From: Schmidtea polychroa
Lineage: Eukaryota
NCBI GenBank assembly: GCA_044892525.1
Contig: CM097885.1
Span: 41,852,001-41,916,000, forward strand
DNA: 64,000 bases
Direction of reading: 5' to 3'
Shown here: piece after piece, positions 36,568-51,149 of the stretch
Layout: each line of letters starts with the position of its first letter
How positions within the stretch are numbered: the first letter of the stretch is position 1
Notes under the pieces: generated by a model
The model's database searches: none
Seen by the model: only the letters and a program-made list of their open reading frames with translations
Told to the model about the DNA's origin: nothing
Position numbers and translations under genes: made by a program

Positions 36568-38261
36568 CTGTAGAGGAAACTATTAGCATTTTAATAAAGC
36601 GAGAATGGTTGGAGATTTCCAAAAAATAAAAGAATTTTTTAACAAAAAACCGTTTGATTCTAAAGCATTTAAAGTATAGAATCCATAAGGAAAGCTATTG
36701 AAACTATTGAGACATAAATGTCTTGAAAGGTTAGTTGGTTCAAAAATAAATATACTTCTTAATTGTCTCATTTTTTGCAGAAAAAATTGTTTTATTTTGT
36801 AATTTTTAAATAAAACTAGCTATATTTACCCCTTTCGAATTCACTAACTTAATTAATTCCCAAAGTTTCCAAAGACACTTTATTTTATATTATGTAATTT
36901 TTTAATTGTAGTTTTTTACCATAATAAGTGATTTCAAGAGTACTTTTTAGTTATTTCATGGTTAATTTTTATTTTAATAAGAATTTTTAAAAATGTTTTA
37001 TTTAATTTATGGTGGAATTATTCAAAATAAAGGTAAGATATTTATTTAAATATGTAAAACATACTTTTGTCAATAGTTGAAATATTTTAAATATTTTGCT
37101 TATTTTCTAAATAGTTTTATCTCTAAATTTGTTAAATAATTTTTTCACTTTTCGGTCAAATTTTAATATAAAAAATTATAAACTTAACTATATTTTAAAC
37201 ATAGACACAAACATTTGTCCCTGTGGAACAGTTGTAGAATAAAAATATTTTTCAAAATTTATTTAAAAATTTGAAGTTTATTAAATGTCAAGGCCCTTAT
37301 TTAATTATAATTTTGTGAACCATGATTGTATGTAGTTTTTATTTTTCTTCCAACAGCGATTTTTTCTATCTTTCTATAATTTAAGAACTTGTTTAATGGC
37401 GTGGATCTAATTTAATGTCAGATTCGGCTATGACACACACACACACACACATTTAATATAGGTAAGTTTTATCGATATTATTGAAAATTTTAAATCAATG
37501 TCTTTTAGACGCTTATTAATTGCCGTTTAGTGTAATAATAAAATTTTATTCTCCACTACATGCAAATAATTTGAGACATATAAATCAAAAATAATTAAGG
37601 AAATTTATTTTATTTCCTTAAAATAATTGATACTAAAACGATAGCCTAATATATGAAACAATGATTTCTTGTTACCAGGATCAATTAACAATAAAATAAT
37701 TAATAAATAACGGATATCACCGAATAGTATCAGTGATACTATAAAAATAATATCACCAAAAAAAAATATATTAGATATTAGAGTTAGTATAGTGATATTA
37801 TTCAGTGCTTTGGTCATTTTAATAAAAAATAAGTTTAGATAATTATCAAAAATTTATTCATCATCATCATCCAAATACTCAACGTCCTCATAATAATCAT
37901 TTTCATCAAGTATAGACTCGTTATTTAATCGGGATTCGGTGTTTGAAGAAATCCACGCCTTACAGAACTCCACTCCATATACACTCCATATACAATGTTT
38001 TAATATGGTGATATTATTTAAATAGTATCACTAAATATAGTATTAATGATACTATTAGGTGTAGTGATACTATTTGGTAATATACGTTAATAATAATCTT
38101 AACTGCAAATTTCAAGTTTAATAAAAATAAACATGAGAATTTTCATATATTAAATAATCTTCAATTTATTTCATAAGACGATCACCACTTGTTACAATAT
38201 CTTTTAGAAGGATAAGAAGATTTTTAATTTATTAAGACTTTTATTATTTAAACTAATTTAG

Positions 38262-41200
38262 ATATATCTTTGTCCCAACACAATTTCCATAAGCCCATTC
38301 AGACAGGCAGCAATTCTGTTGCCCAGATTTCTACAGATATCACAAATTGTACATACATTAATTTCGATATTGACGATGATGATCCTTTCTGTGTAATTGC
38401 GACACCGAAACTCCAATCAGAATCAATTTCAGTGATCGGAACATTGTTCACAGAATCGGAAAAAGAAAACGATCCATTAAATTCGTCCCAAGCGCGCAGA
38501 TGCCTTTCAAAATTATCAATATCATTTGATGACAAAAGTGATATTTCAACAATGAATTCTAATCAGGAAACCGATGGTAATGAATAAGTTTAATTTATAA
38601 ATTATGATATTTTGTAGTCTTTCATAATGAAAATGATTTACCATTTCAATCAAAATCCACAGAATGTCATAATATAATAAAAAGGCCGACAAATTTAATG
38701 AGATATAGGTAAAAATTTGTAAAAATTTCGATTAAGTTTTGTTTCGATTTCATACAGTTTGTCAGAAGCGCAACTGAATTCTGTTGACACATTGGACCTC
38801 ACTCCGACTGCAAATTCTAAACTGAGTAGTTCAGAAGCTACATTACCAACAGAGTGCATAGAAGAAGAAGAGTTTATGGCCAGAGAAGCAAAAAATACAA
38901 AATTTCAAGTAATTTTTTACGATACAATATTATTGGGACTCAATTAAGACATTATGAAATAAATATTCACAAATCCATTTATCTTTATTTAGTTAATGAC
39001 TATAGATATCAATGTTTTCTAGCCAAAACCTAATGATGATAAAATAATTTGAAAATAAAAACAGAACAAAGATAAAGAAATAGAAAAATTAATTTATCTA
39101 CAATTGAAAAACTCACCGATAATAACATTATAAATGGATATGATCAATATTATGTTTGACATACACGGCAACGATTTAATTATAAGAAAACGCCACTCAA
39201 ACATTCGTTTCACGATATATTTCGAAAGTTTTCCTGTCATTATCAGGTAGGATATAATAACTATAGAAATTATAGATTTTTGAACAAATTTATTAATTGT
39301 ATTAATTATAATAATTATATCAAATTTTTTAGTAATCTTTTTAAAAATTATAAAATTTATAATTTAAATAATATTCTATTTTTCTAAAGTTTAACAATTA
39401 AATATAAAATTTTAAAATATTGAAATTTAATTTAATAATTTAATAATTATTTATTTTAATAACAACAATCCATACATACAATATACAAAAAAATATTTGA
39501 AAACATTTAGAACACAAGTATTCACTGCATTTTGCACATTAATTTTCGAATTTACTGACTTTATCAACAACGCTTCACAAATTACACGTTCCAATAATTA
39601 TTGAAATCTTTTAATAAAATTTTAAAATCAGACATACCTATTTTAGTCTTACAGCCCCTACTGTACTCACTAATGATGGCCAATGTCTTCGGTCTATAAT
39701 GTTCTCGAGCTCGAATACAGAGATGACGGGAAGTCTCTCCAATGTATGTGGCATTACACCCATTACATGTAAACTGATAAACGAGATCAGAACACAATCC
39801 AACCGTAGTTTTAGACTTATTAATAAATATATTGCGTACTTTACATGAATTTGGCACAAACCTATAGTTTAACCCTTTCCAGCCCAAATTTTTTCAAAAC
39901 AAAAAAAAAATATATGCAGTAAGTAGGTACCAAAACTACTTATTTTATCATAAAAATATTTTACTTCATTTTTTTTGTTGCCCCCTTGTGCCAACTGTTA
40001 AAAACATATCTTACTATAATTCTCACCAGTTACTGCCAACCGTTTTGGTAGCCCCTACTGTACTCACTAATGATGGCCAATGTCTTCGGTCTATAATGTT
40101 CTCGAGCTCGAATACAGAGATGACGGGAAGTCTCTCCAATGTATGTGGCATTACACCCATTACATGTAAACTGATAAACGAGATCAGAACACAATCCAAC
40201 CGTAGTTTTAGACTTATTAATAAATATATTGCGTACTTTACATGAATTTGGCACAAACCTATAGTTTAACCCTTTCCAGCCCAAATTTTTTCAAAACAAA
40301 AAAAAATATATGCAGTAAGTAGGTACCAAAACTACTTATTTTATCATAAAAATATTTTACTTCATTTTTTTTGTTGCCCCCTTGTGCCAACTGTTAAAAA
40401 CATATCTTACTATAATTCTCACCAGTTACTGCCAACCGTTTTGGTAGTAGAGAGAAAAAAACTGAGTTTTTTACTAATGATTCCATTTGGAATCACTGGG
40501 CTGGAAAGGGTTAAATTTCCTAACTGCTTGCTTATCTTCCTTTTATAATTCGTAAGACCTTCTGAGTACGGCACTATCAACACGAATTGAGACTCATATC
40601 CTTACACACGCTATTTAATTTATTTAACTCACCAAACTCACACCAAGATTTTCTCAAATATGGATCCTTAGGATTTTTAATAAATTTATCAACAGTCTCT
40701 TTTACCATAAATTAATCAAAAGGATTTTGAATAACCATTCTTCATTAACAATTCAACCAATTTGTCAACACTTTTTTCTGAATTAGCAAAAGTAGAAAAC
40801 AAAGACCATGAACGATAAATCAATTCCTTCATCATATTTCTCTTATACTTGAATTCACAAAAGCCTTCAGACGAAGTATAGAAACCAGTATCATTTGGTT
40901 TTCTATAAATCTCTGTCTCATAGTCTCTTTTTGTGCTCTATTAACAGATCCAAGAAAGTAAGTGATGATTTTTTTTCCGTTTAACATATGAATACAATGT
41001 GTAATTCATATAATGCAAAAACGGCTCAACAGGCATCTGATTTTCAAATATAAATGAGAACCCGTAGCAACTCCATCTATTTCTTGATACCAAGATTGAT
41101 CTTTTATTCAGATTTGTTTATTATTCAATGACTCTATACAAGACACGTTCATGATTTAACAAATGTTTTCCTTATTCTTCCTTATTCTTTCCTTTATTGC

Positions 41201-44200
41201 AATCATTTTGTATTATAATTCATTTAAACTATAACTATAAATAAATAAAGAGAAAAAAATTATTAATTAAAAAATCAATAATATTAAATGACATAATAAT
41301 AATATATTTAAATGCGAAACCATACTAGTAGATGAGAAACCCTCTAATATAATAGACATAGTGTTTCAGGCTTTGCAACATCCACCTTTCAATATATAAT
41401 AAATTTATTATGTATTTAATACTATTATTATGTATATAAATACTATTTATTTAATTTATATATATTTTTTGGGTGTAGAACGTTGGTTATTAAAATCACC
41501 ATTCGAAAATTTTTGAAACCAAAATCTCACGATTCATTCGTAAATATAAGCATAAAGAAAGGCAGGATTTATGTACGTTGCTGCTTCAGCATTTTAAAGA
41601 CGTTTAAAGACTGTCCATGTTTACTTAAGAAAGAAGTAAAAATAGATTGTTAAAAAAAGGAAACTAAAGACAAAAAATAAAGATTTTTTATATAATAAGT
41701 TGCTTACTTAGAAATTTACAGAGAAATTTACATAATGGTTTTTGAGAAAACACTAAAGCTGTAAAAACTAGAACAAAAACGGCAATTAATAGATACTAAA
41801 TTAATAGATACTAATTAATAGAATTAGAATTTTAATTATTTTAGATGATTCGAAAAGATAGTCTTGGGCAATTCCTTGACAGAAGACAACATAGAAAAGA
41901 AATTGAAGAAAAATCTTTTCTTCGCAGCACAAGTTCTGACGAAGACGATGATAGCAGTGACCGGTCAGAAATTTGCTGTCGACTGCAATGGCAACTGTCT
42001 CATCGGCCAACGACAGAAGAGTTACAAGGAAAGAATATATTGCATGGTAAAAGTAGACTTTGATTACTAAATGAACAACTTTCAAGATTTTTGCATGTTA
42101 ATTTTGATCCAATATGAATTTTCATTTTATTCCAGTTGATTCGGAGAAAAATCGAAAAAGTGAATTCGAAGCAGCGAAATATGAATTATTTAAAAAGGTG
42201 GAAATTAATATTTTTTCAAAAATTTTCTTTCCTAGCTAATATATTCTTCCAAGTATTGATTTCATTTTATTTTGTAATCTGTTTTTATTATCTAATATTA
42301 ATTTATAACAGTAATTCTTAATTAATTGTATGTGTATATTGCACCCCCCCCCTTAAATTTCCCAAACCATTCTATTTTTCGATTAATTTAAACACATTTT
42401 ATTAGATGCGCTCAAACAATGTTGGAAAAACCCAAGACAAAAAAAAATTAATAAAAAAATTTAATTTAATGAGGCTTCCTGTTTTTTTAATGTTATTAAT
42501 TATATCTGGAAATCAATGATTTCAAATCATCTTATTTGTATAAACACTTTCAATATTAACTGACGTTCTGGTTTTAAAAAAGTGTTCTATTTTGTAAATT
42601 AATGAAAAAAGTCCTATTTTGTATAATGACCCAAATATTTTATTAATTATTATCAACTCTCTTTCCCCCCCCCCCTCCCCTAGAAAAATTGTCTATTTGG
42701 TAAATAAAATATTTTTGCCCCTACTTTGAAAAATTCTTGCGGACGCCCACATATATATATATATAACTGAATATTTTAGAGATAATTACTGTTCTTTAAT
42801 AATTACGAGAAAGTCTAAATTCTGGTACAGTAGGTTTTTTCTCTATTTTTCCTCTATTTTTTCCTCTATTTATAGTGCGATTCTGCTTTGAATTGGGAAA
42901 TGACTTTTCCAAGTGGAAAATGTGGCTATTATGTAAACCTTTAGAATAGATATCGATGTTAGCAGTCAACGCGTAAGCACCTTTAGTGGAACTGCACATG
43001 GTATCAACACTCAATTATTTTTTACGCGATTTTTTTTTTAGGTACACTTTCTTTTTTTTTCGCCGAAAATTCAAAAATTTCTTGTACATCAAACATTATA
43101 CAAAACTGGTGGAATTCCCGTATTTTGAAAAATATTTTTCTGTGTTATGTATGTGAACATACATATTTCTTCTTCAGTTTTCTACAAGATTTTAATGGTG
43201 TCGGATGTGCTTCTGTATAATGTTATAATTCCAAAAGCATAATAAGTTAAAGTATGTAGTTCGTCGCAGTGTATAATAATTTATTATTTATAAAACTTTG
43301 CTGTTATTTAATTAATTATATTCAATTAATTTTAATCAATTGGTAAATCAAATTCTCTGAAAATTAAAATTATTTAAGTGGAAGTTATAAGATTATTTTT
43401 TACAATTTTTGTTACCGAAATGCCCAGCAAATTAGGAACCAATCGCAAAGGAGTTTCACTAGAGCTAAAAATCAATGTTCTAGACAACGTAGAACAAGGT
43501 TTAGGTCCTACAAGAGTTGGTCAGAAACTTGGCCTCAGTTAATCGACAGTGCAAACAATAAAGAAGAATGAAAATTCTATCAGACAGTCTGTAATATCAG
43601 GTAAAAAAATAACTGCATCAGCATCGTTGTATTGAAGAAATAATAGTGTTTGAAAGGATATAAATAGGATAGAATTCACCTGATTGAAATTAATGAAGCG
43701 TATTTTTATTTACTCTAATAATACTAGTAAAATACTGGGTACTTCCGTGTTATCTTACCCCCAAAAATTAAATTAAAAAAGAAGACTTAATTATTATATT
43801 TATTTTCTAAATCACAGTTACAAACTCAGGAAATGTTTGTAAAGAGTTTGTAAATGGTCATCCAGGTGGCCAGAAAACCACAATGTCGTTGAGAATAGTG
43901 TTGAACACATCGACACTGTTGCTTAGAACACGTTTGCGCCACATAAACTCACATAATCACATAATCACATAAATCACAGATAGCCTTAATAAATTCATGT
44001 TCAATAATGTTCAATAACGTCATCAATAATGTATTCTCTCATTTTTTATATTGTTATTTTAATTGTATTTTATAATTTAATTTTTGGGGGTAAGATAACA
44101 CGGAAGTACCAAATACTGCAAAAGGTTACAGACATAATTAAATAAACGGATATGCATAATTCAAATTTTAAAATTGTAGCATTTTTAATTCATTTTTTAA

Positions 44201-44421
44201 AATTTATTTTGGTTATTTTGTCTAATTCTAAATTTGTATTTTTATGTTATGGTAAATTTAGATATTTGATGATTTTTTAACAGCTTGGATCTCGTCCGTC
44301 GATAGATGAACTCCACAATAAACATATAATCAAATTTAGCGACTATGTATATATAAAAAAGGCAGCTAATTATGATAGAAGAGCTGATAAGCCGTGGACA
44401 AGACTCACACCTGCAGATAGA
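38262..44421 (+). CDS. phactr: Phosphatase and actin regulator (Phactr), partial, spliced
   Basis: In-phase GT-AG exons 38262-38576, 38618-38708, 38758-38908, 41845-42046 (RKDSL..; LSHRPTTEELQGKNIL), 42136-42197 and 44284-44421 (LGSRPSIDEL..IIKFSDYV..YDRRADKPWTRLTPADR). First and last exons not identified. Confidence 0.9.
39653..40447. repeat. Near-identical 397-bp tandem duplication
   Basis: 39653-40049 is repeated at 40050-40447, differing only in an A-run length as seen by eye. Confidence 0.9.
40270..40510. mobile_element. piggyBac-type MITE
   Basis: 14-bp TIR CCCTTTCCAGCCCA / TGGGCTGGAAAGGG; TTAA at 40266-40269 and 40511-40514. Confidence 0.88.
43420..43640 (+). pseudogene. Tigger/pogo HTH fragment
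   Basis: RKGVSLELKINVL..GLS*STVQTIKKNENSIRQS. Confidence 0.7.
43738..44110 (-). mobile_element. Non-autonomous Merlin (IS1595-like) element
   Basis: Perfect 38-bp TIRs starting GGTACTTCC; 8-bp TSD AAATACTG; minus-strand remnant LCEFMWRKRV..DVFNTILNDI..FWPP. Confidence 0.85.
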
Positions 44422-44976
44422 GTTAGTTTTTGATGCAATGCATATATACATATTTATGTTTTGGTTTGTGGTAGAATGGTATTCTCGTAAACATCTCAAC
44501 TTCGAGAATTTCAAAAACATTTTAAATTTTAAATCTAAATTTGCCTTTAAGGGAAGATAATACATCAGTAAAACTTCTATATTGGGAAACCGTTAACCTG
44601 TAATAGTCCATAAATTCATAATTCAATTCATGCTTTGAATGTTTTTATAGGCCATTGATTTTAAATGTAATTTTGATGTCAATAATAAAAAATATGTAAA
44701 TGTAAAATTCCACGATAACAAATTCTTTATTGAAACTTAAACTTCAAATAGGCAAAACATGGTACAATGTTATCAATTTTTTAATTATTTAATTTTATGA
44801 CATAATTTAACTTTTTGTTGAATAAATAAGGATATAAACGAGAACATTTAAGTTATAAATATGTAGTTTATTTTATTTTGTTTTCTGAATTTTTGGGAAA
44901 TAATAAAGATGTGAAGTTTTAAGTCACTTTATAAAGGTTTTTCGGTTTCTTATTAGTAGATAAATTAATAATAATT

Positions 44977-44984
<8 letters not shown>

Positions 44985-45062
<78 letters not shown>

Positions 45063-45145
45063 GTAATAGTAATAGTAATAGTAATAGTAATAGTAATAGT
45101 AATAGTAATAGTAATAGTAACAGTAATAGTAATAGTAATAATAAT
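44985..45145. repeat. (AAT)n / (AATAGT)n microsatellite
   Basis: Read directly. Confidence 0.95.
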
Positions 45146-45384
45146 ATCATAAAATGATGTGTTTTTGGTAACACCATAAATCAAATGTTCAAAGAGTAAG
45201 GAATAATCTAAGCTTATGCTGCACAATATGTATCAAATGAGAAAGTTTTCGAGTATAATATAATCTTTTCAATTATCTTAGAGATTGAAAAGGATTATCT
45301 TAAAATAGAATGTTTTCTCATTTATTACATATTTTTCTGAAAATACTTATCTTGTGATTTACTTTTTTAACAATGATAATATCA

Positions 45385-45522
<138 letters not shown>

Positions 45523-47261
45523 AATATTTGTTTTAAAATCAAATTGTTATTATAATTAAACATCGCATGTACTCATGTATAGTTCGGGTTTTGAAGACCT
45601 AATTTTTAGGGAAAAGGTAGGCGTTTGAACCATTCACGAGTAATACTTATGGAGATTTAAAATCTTGAATCTAAACTTTATACAAGTCATGTAAAAATCT
45701 AATTTTTTCATCAATATATCGGGCGTCGAACTTTACATGAGTATATGCGATAATATTTATTCATAAAAATTTCCAAATTAAAACTATTAGTAAATATCAA
45801 GTGCTTTTAAATTTCTTAAGCCGTCAATATGTATTTTGTTTTCATATGTAAAATAAATAATTGACGGTTAAATACTGGCACATAATTATTGATTTTTCAA
45901 AATTAAATGTTTCTATAAGCGGGCAAATATTCTAGGAGAGACGTGATAATCTATTTATACCACGATAGCAGATTTGTCTGATATATGGAATTTGGTGGAC
46001 AATTTGCAATTTTTTAATGGTTTTTATTTGCATATTTTCTCAACTCCAATAATGCTTCACTTAATTATTGGAATGTGTCTTCCTAAACCTGGAGATAAAA
46101 ATAATCCTTGTATTTATAATTCATATAATAATCAGTACTGTAGGGATAAAATTAGCCGAGGGTATTTTGTATATTATGGCAAGGTAAATTGCATCTGCCT
46201 AAATCACTATAACCTACTTAATAATTAAATAATAAAAAATACATGTCTAGGATTGAATGTCTAAAAATGTCTAGAAATGAAATATTCAGTCATACAAAGT
46301 AGTACTCTTATTTTATTGAAAATCTTTTCATTCATTCTATCCCATCTTTTCACTCCATGGCGAATTAATGAGAAATTTCAAACGAATTAGCTCTCGAATT
46401 ATGCAGGGTAGATAACCAAGTATTTGATGTAAATAGTGAATTGTGAAAGCAACTGTCGAATAATGGTACTCGTTCCTGTATTTGTGCAGGAGAATGTCAA
46501 TGTCTATCTCGTACATTCATTTACTGCTACAAGAGTAATGCTTCTAAGTGGACCAATGAATTCTAATGATGATTTTTCTCATGACCTTTTGAAGAGATAA
46601 ATGAAGAGATGCGGTGGTTAAAAATAATGTGGTTTTTGTAATTTAAATGACTTATAGTTATTTATGATATTTCTTAATCTCTTATAATCTGTTAATTTTA
46701 TGGTAAGAAATAATTCTATGTATAAAAGTGGAGTTAGAGCCATGAATGGAAGAGCACCTGGAAACCACATTTGTCGACAAATTTTCTACACCTGGTCTTA
46801 AATCCATTTGGTTTTTTTGTTATTGGTTTATTGGAATTTAATAAAATCTAAACAGCCTTTTGGTATCTTGAAATGTTGAGTTATGATCCTGATGTAGTAA
46901 AGTTACAATTGTAACACCATCTAACGATGTTAGAAGTTTTTTTCCGATGATTGAATGTTTTAATTCTGACATACCCAGTAAACGAGAGACGAAAGGTATT
47001 TGCCTACCATATTGTCTTTAAACATCTCTGAAAGTATGGTCAAAAGAGTTTCTTTAGATGTCTAGTAGTTTCCTTAAACTTGACGAGGCGAGAGAAATGA
47101 TTTTAAATTTCGTTTTGATTTGATTAATTGTGATTATGTAATTTTATCATGTCTTTCTTTCTGAAAGAACTTTCTTTGATGAAGTTAAAATTCTAATGCA
47201 TTTTGAATAATTTTAAATTAATTCAAAATGCGAAAAACTATATTTAGTGGTCGTTGGTGAT

Positions 47262-48690
47262 TAGAGGTCGCAATCCCGGGATCCCGGAAAAACCATTCTA
47301 ATTATTAACTAATTTCTAAAAAAATGAAAAATTATTTACATTGTTTGTATTTATGGTTTTGTGCTGTTATTTAGGTGAACTTAAAAATTTAATTTTTATT
47401 TTGTTAGCAAAGAATATTTAATTTACTCATTTTCATTTTATCATTTTAAGTGTTTTTAAATAAAATAAGATAAGCAGTTATCAGAAAATTTAAGAAAAAC
47501 CATATTTTGCTACATATATATTTTTAATTCAAAGTTTATTAATTTATTTCTTACTTTATCACAGATTTAGCGATGACAAATAAGGCAGAAGTATGGAAAT
47601 TTTACGACAGATCAGAAACAGAAGCATCTGCTAAATGCAAACCTTGTCCATAAATTACTAAGACGACAGGATGATCTACTAAGGAACTTCATACACATTT
47701 AAAAAGTATTCATAATATTGATACGCGAAAAAAGGATGGACTTGATGATGCAACTACATCTCAATCCCAAAGTATTTCTACATTCAAGAAACGAAAACTA
47801 ACATACTATTTTGCTATTAAAGACTATAAATCACTTGAAGCCACAGTTTCAAGAATGGCAGCATGAGACGGATTTCCATTTTTAGTATTTGATACTTCCA
47901 ATGATCTCTGAAGTGCACTGACGGCAAAAGGATTTGAGTTACCAAAATTTGAACACAGTTTCTGAAAAATGACTTTGGACTATGCTATGAAATTTTGGTC
48001 ATATTATATGAAAGAAATTTAGTATGAAATTAAGGAAGGACGAAAGTTTAGTGTTTCATTTGATGATTGGACATCTAATCGAGGTCGCAGGTACAGGTAT
48101 GTGTAGAGCTATTAAGTAAGAGGATGGATAAATATAATTTGTCTCTCACTAATGATATCATATGCATTGTTACTGTCGGTGCCAGTGTTATGGTAAAAGT
48201 TGGTAAACTTATCGATCCAGAACAACAAAAGTGGAGGTGCTCTGAGTGTTAATTTAAATATGATGTATAATTTTTTGTTAACCATTCCACCTACAAGTGT
48301 AGATTCGGAGCGAGCTTTTTCAGCTGCCGGAATTTTATGCACTAAATTTCGTTCACGTTTAAATGGCGATACTGTCGATTCATTGTATTTCCTTCGAGGA
48401 CTCTTTCACCAACAGTCAAAAAGAAACTAATTTAAAATAAAGATTTTAGAAATCAGTAAAAAATATATATTTTTCTTACCATATTTTCTATATAATAATA
48501 ATAAATAATGAATTTTGTGAATTTAATATGTAATGTTTTCTTTTTATTTTTGTCTAAATAAAGAAAAACTTTTATAATTAAATTTTGTACAATTTTTTCA
48601 GTTTTTCCAAATAAATAATAACAAATTTCTACTAGGATAATCCCGGCGGGATCCCGGGATTGAAAAAAGGCTGCAGGACTGCGATCCATA
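47262..48690 (+). mobile_element. Internally deleted hAT (hobo/Ac-like)
   Basis: 8-bp TSD TTGGTGAT; ends TAGAGGTCGCA / TGCGATCCATA; subterminal CCCGGGAT repeats; BED finger (VWKFY..AKCKPC..H); FDDWTS; dimerisation motif IPPTSVDSERAFSAAG. Confidence 0.9.
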
Positions 48691-49329
48691 TTGGTGATGG
48701 GTATTATGTCACACAAATTGTATGGAGGTTTTTGAAATTTTATTTTTGTCTTCATTAATATGGAATTTGTTGAAATGAGAGGTTTCATAAGTTATACCTT
48801 CTATTTTTTGATTTTTGCCTTTGATGTCTCCAAGACGATCTATTGCTTCTTAAGATCGTAATTTGGTTTAAGCTCTTTGATATATTAAAAACTAAATACT
48901 TTGTATTATGGGTGTTAATATCGTTTTTATGGCAACCTGCTTATAACAATTAGACTTATAACTTTGTTTGTTCGGTAAGAGAATTTTCAGTCGCAGGTTT
49001 AACAGCCCAAATAAATGATCTTAATCCATATTCAAGGAAGTCTTTTGTTAAGAATAATGAGCAAGAGCTCCATCCTGTTGGAACATTAGTTTTGAGATCA
49101 TTTTACGACAAACTTATGGTAAAGAGCAAAATTTAAACATATTTAAAAAGTTTTATTATTCACATTCATAATGGACCATTAAACTCGTGACAAGGAACAT
49201 ATTCAAAATTTGGACTGGAGTGATATTGTGAGATAATTTCATTAGGAGGTTCAGTGCCTCAAATATGTCATTTGTGGTGGTTAACAAAATCGTTTAAATG
49301 AAAAGTTTTTGCAAATGAGGTTTTCAATA

Positions 49330-49595
49330 AAAGATTGACCACTGTCAATATGGTTAATTAAAGTTTCACATTGCGATTTCTTCAGGTAACGTTTAAGTTT
49401 TTTCTTTAAAACATTGTGCACTGCTTTAACACTGCATCCAATATTCTTAGCACCATTCCTTACCGATGCGTTAGATTATTTTCGTAAATTTCAAATTTTT
49501 CAATTTTTTCATCATCAATTGAAGGCCGTCCTAACTTTTTACTATCAACAACATTGCTAGTTTCTTTAATCTTTCCATAGATATTGTATACTTAC
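49330..49595 (-). pseudogene. Tc1/mariner-like HTH fragment
   Basis: KIKETSNVVDSKKLGRPSI..AKNIGCSVKAVHNVLKKKL. Confidence 0.5.
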
Positions 49596-49627
49596 CTGAC
49601 GCGAAGAGAAATCTTCGCGTCTCCGGC

Positions 49628-49669
49628 ATAGTACTGATGAGAGCAAAATGCTCGAAACTAGTCTACTAT
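49628..49669 (+). ncRNA. Minimal type I hammerhead ribozyme
   Basis: Stem I ATAGTA/TACTAT, CTGATGA core, stem II GAGCA-AAA-TGCTC, GAAA, palindromic stem III (ACTAGT), GUC cleavage triplet with the cut after 49663. Confidence 0.88.
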
Positions 49670-51149
49670 TGAGATTTGCACTGGGTATCACAAAGCTTGT
49701 ACTGTTTATATTATTCAAAGGTTAGGCATCCGTAAAAAAGTATTTTACACCATTACTTTATAATGTTTAATTAATATTAAATATCAAAATTACTTTTTGA
49801 TTATTTTATTATTTTTTCTTTGGTTACTTTTACACACGCATTTAAACTAATTAAACATATTATTTTGACTTTGTTACTAGCATGAAGTTTCTTAGAAATT
49901 TAGTTTCATAACTCACTGAAAGAATTTTAAATTATTTCTTATCCTTGTCTCTTTCAATAACTTGAAAAAATAATTTTTAATTTCAAACAATGTTAATTTC
50001 TTATAAAAACCCTTTAATTAATCAAGGCAAGGATTAGAAAGGAACTGAACGAATATAAACGACAAGAAATGACAGTTCACGAAAAGAGCAAACGTTATAC
50101 AAGGTGTGATTCAACCGCAATCATTGGATATGAATTATAATTGTACTCGTTATTTAGATTTCATAAGCCATGAGATCCAGAGGCTCCGAGTTTTTTGTCG
50201 GCCCAAATCTATTTCCTGTATTAAATGAACCTCGAATTATTTTGTGAATATTATTCATAATAAATTTACATAGATTGTTGAAATTAGATTTATCCATATA
50301 TCGCAATAACGGTAAATTTATTGACTTAACTCGGTGATCAATTTCAGTGATCTGGATCAAAAGATTTGTATTTAATAAATTTGATGAATGACTTTTATCC
50401 AACATTTTTTGTGTTGAGTTCAATTTCCAGAGATATTATATTATATATAACAGTGGAATATCAAGGGCGCCATTTGCGGCACATTTACAATTCCGGTACT
50501 TTACAAATGGATCCATTATACAAGCTCAATGAATCATTATCAATAGCTAGACCGCTCTTAATGTCATACATACCAGCCTCTTTTTGTAGGAATCTACAAG
50601 GCATTTCAGTTATGATACTTTTCTTTTTCAATGATTAATTGAGTAATATTTTTGTTATCAAGTCTTTTGGAATATTTTTATTTTCGATGTCCTTTTAGAC
50701 GGTTGTCATTTCTTTTCATATGTAAAAAACGGAGCCGTTTTGCTATTGAAGCGACATAATGATTGCATTTCCAGTATGTTCATTATGATATTTCTTTACA
50801 AAATGTATTCCAATTCATAATTGATAGATATAAATGTACCAGTGTGATCTTGAATTACAAAGGGGCGAAAGTGTGTACCGTGGAAAAGCAACCATAAATA
50901 TTCAAGTTGTACTGTTTCCATTTTTTTCAGAAACAGCTGAAAGCCCAATCTATACCTTCCAAAATATCTCTTGCAATTACAACTTGAATCACCTGAATCT
51001 TAAAGAAATTTCAAATAAATAATTTTGCAATTATGTTCTCCTTTCTAATATATCATTTTCAAGGACCATCAGAAATATGTGCATATGTTGGAGGATTTGA
51101 TTAGTTTGAATCTGTTTTTCATCTCATTAACATGTTTTATTCTTTAATC

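Larger units (their letters stand above)
39480..41050 (-). mobile_element. Penelope-like fragment in a Phactr intron
   Basis: YETEIYRKPNDTGFY..FCEFKYK and VYQFTCNGCNATYIGETSRHL..RAREH (GIY-YIG). Confidence 0.85.
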
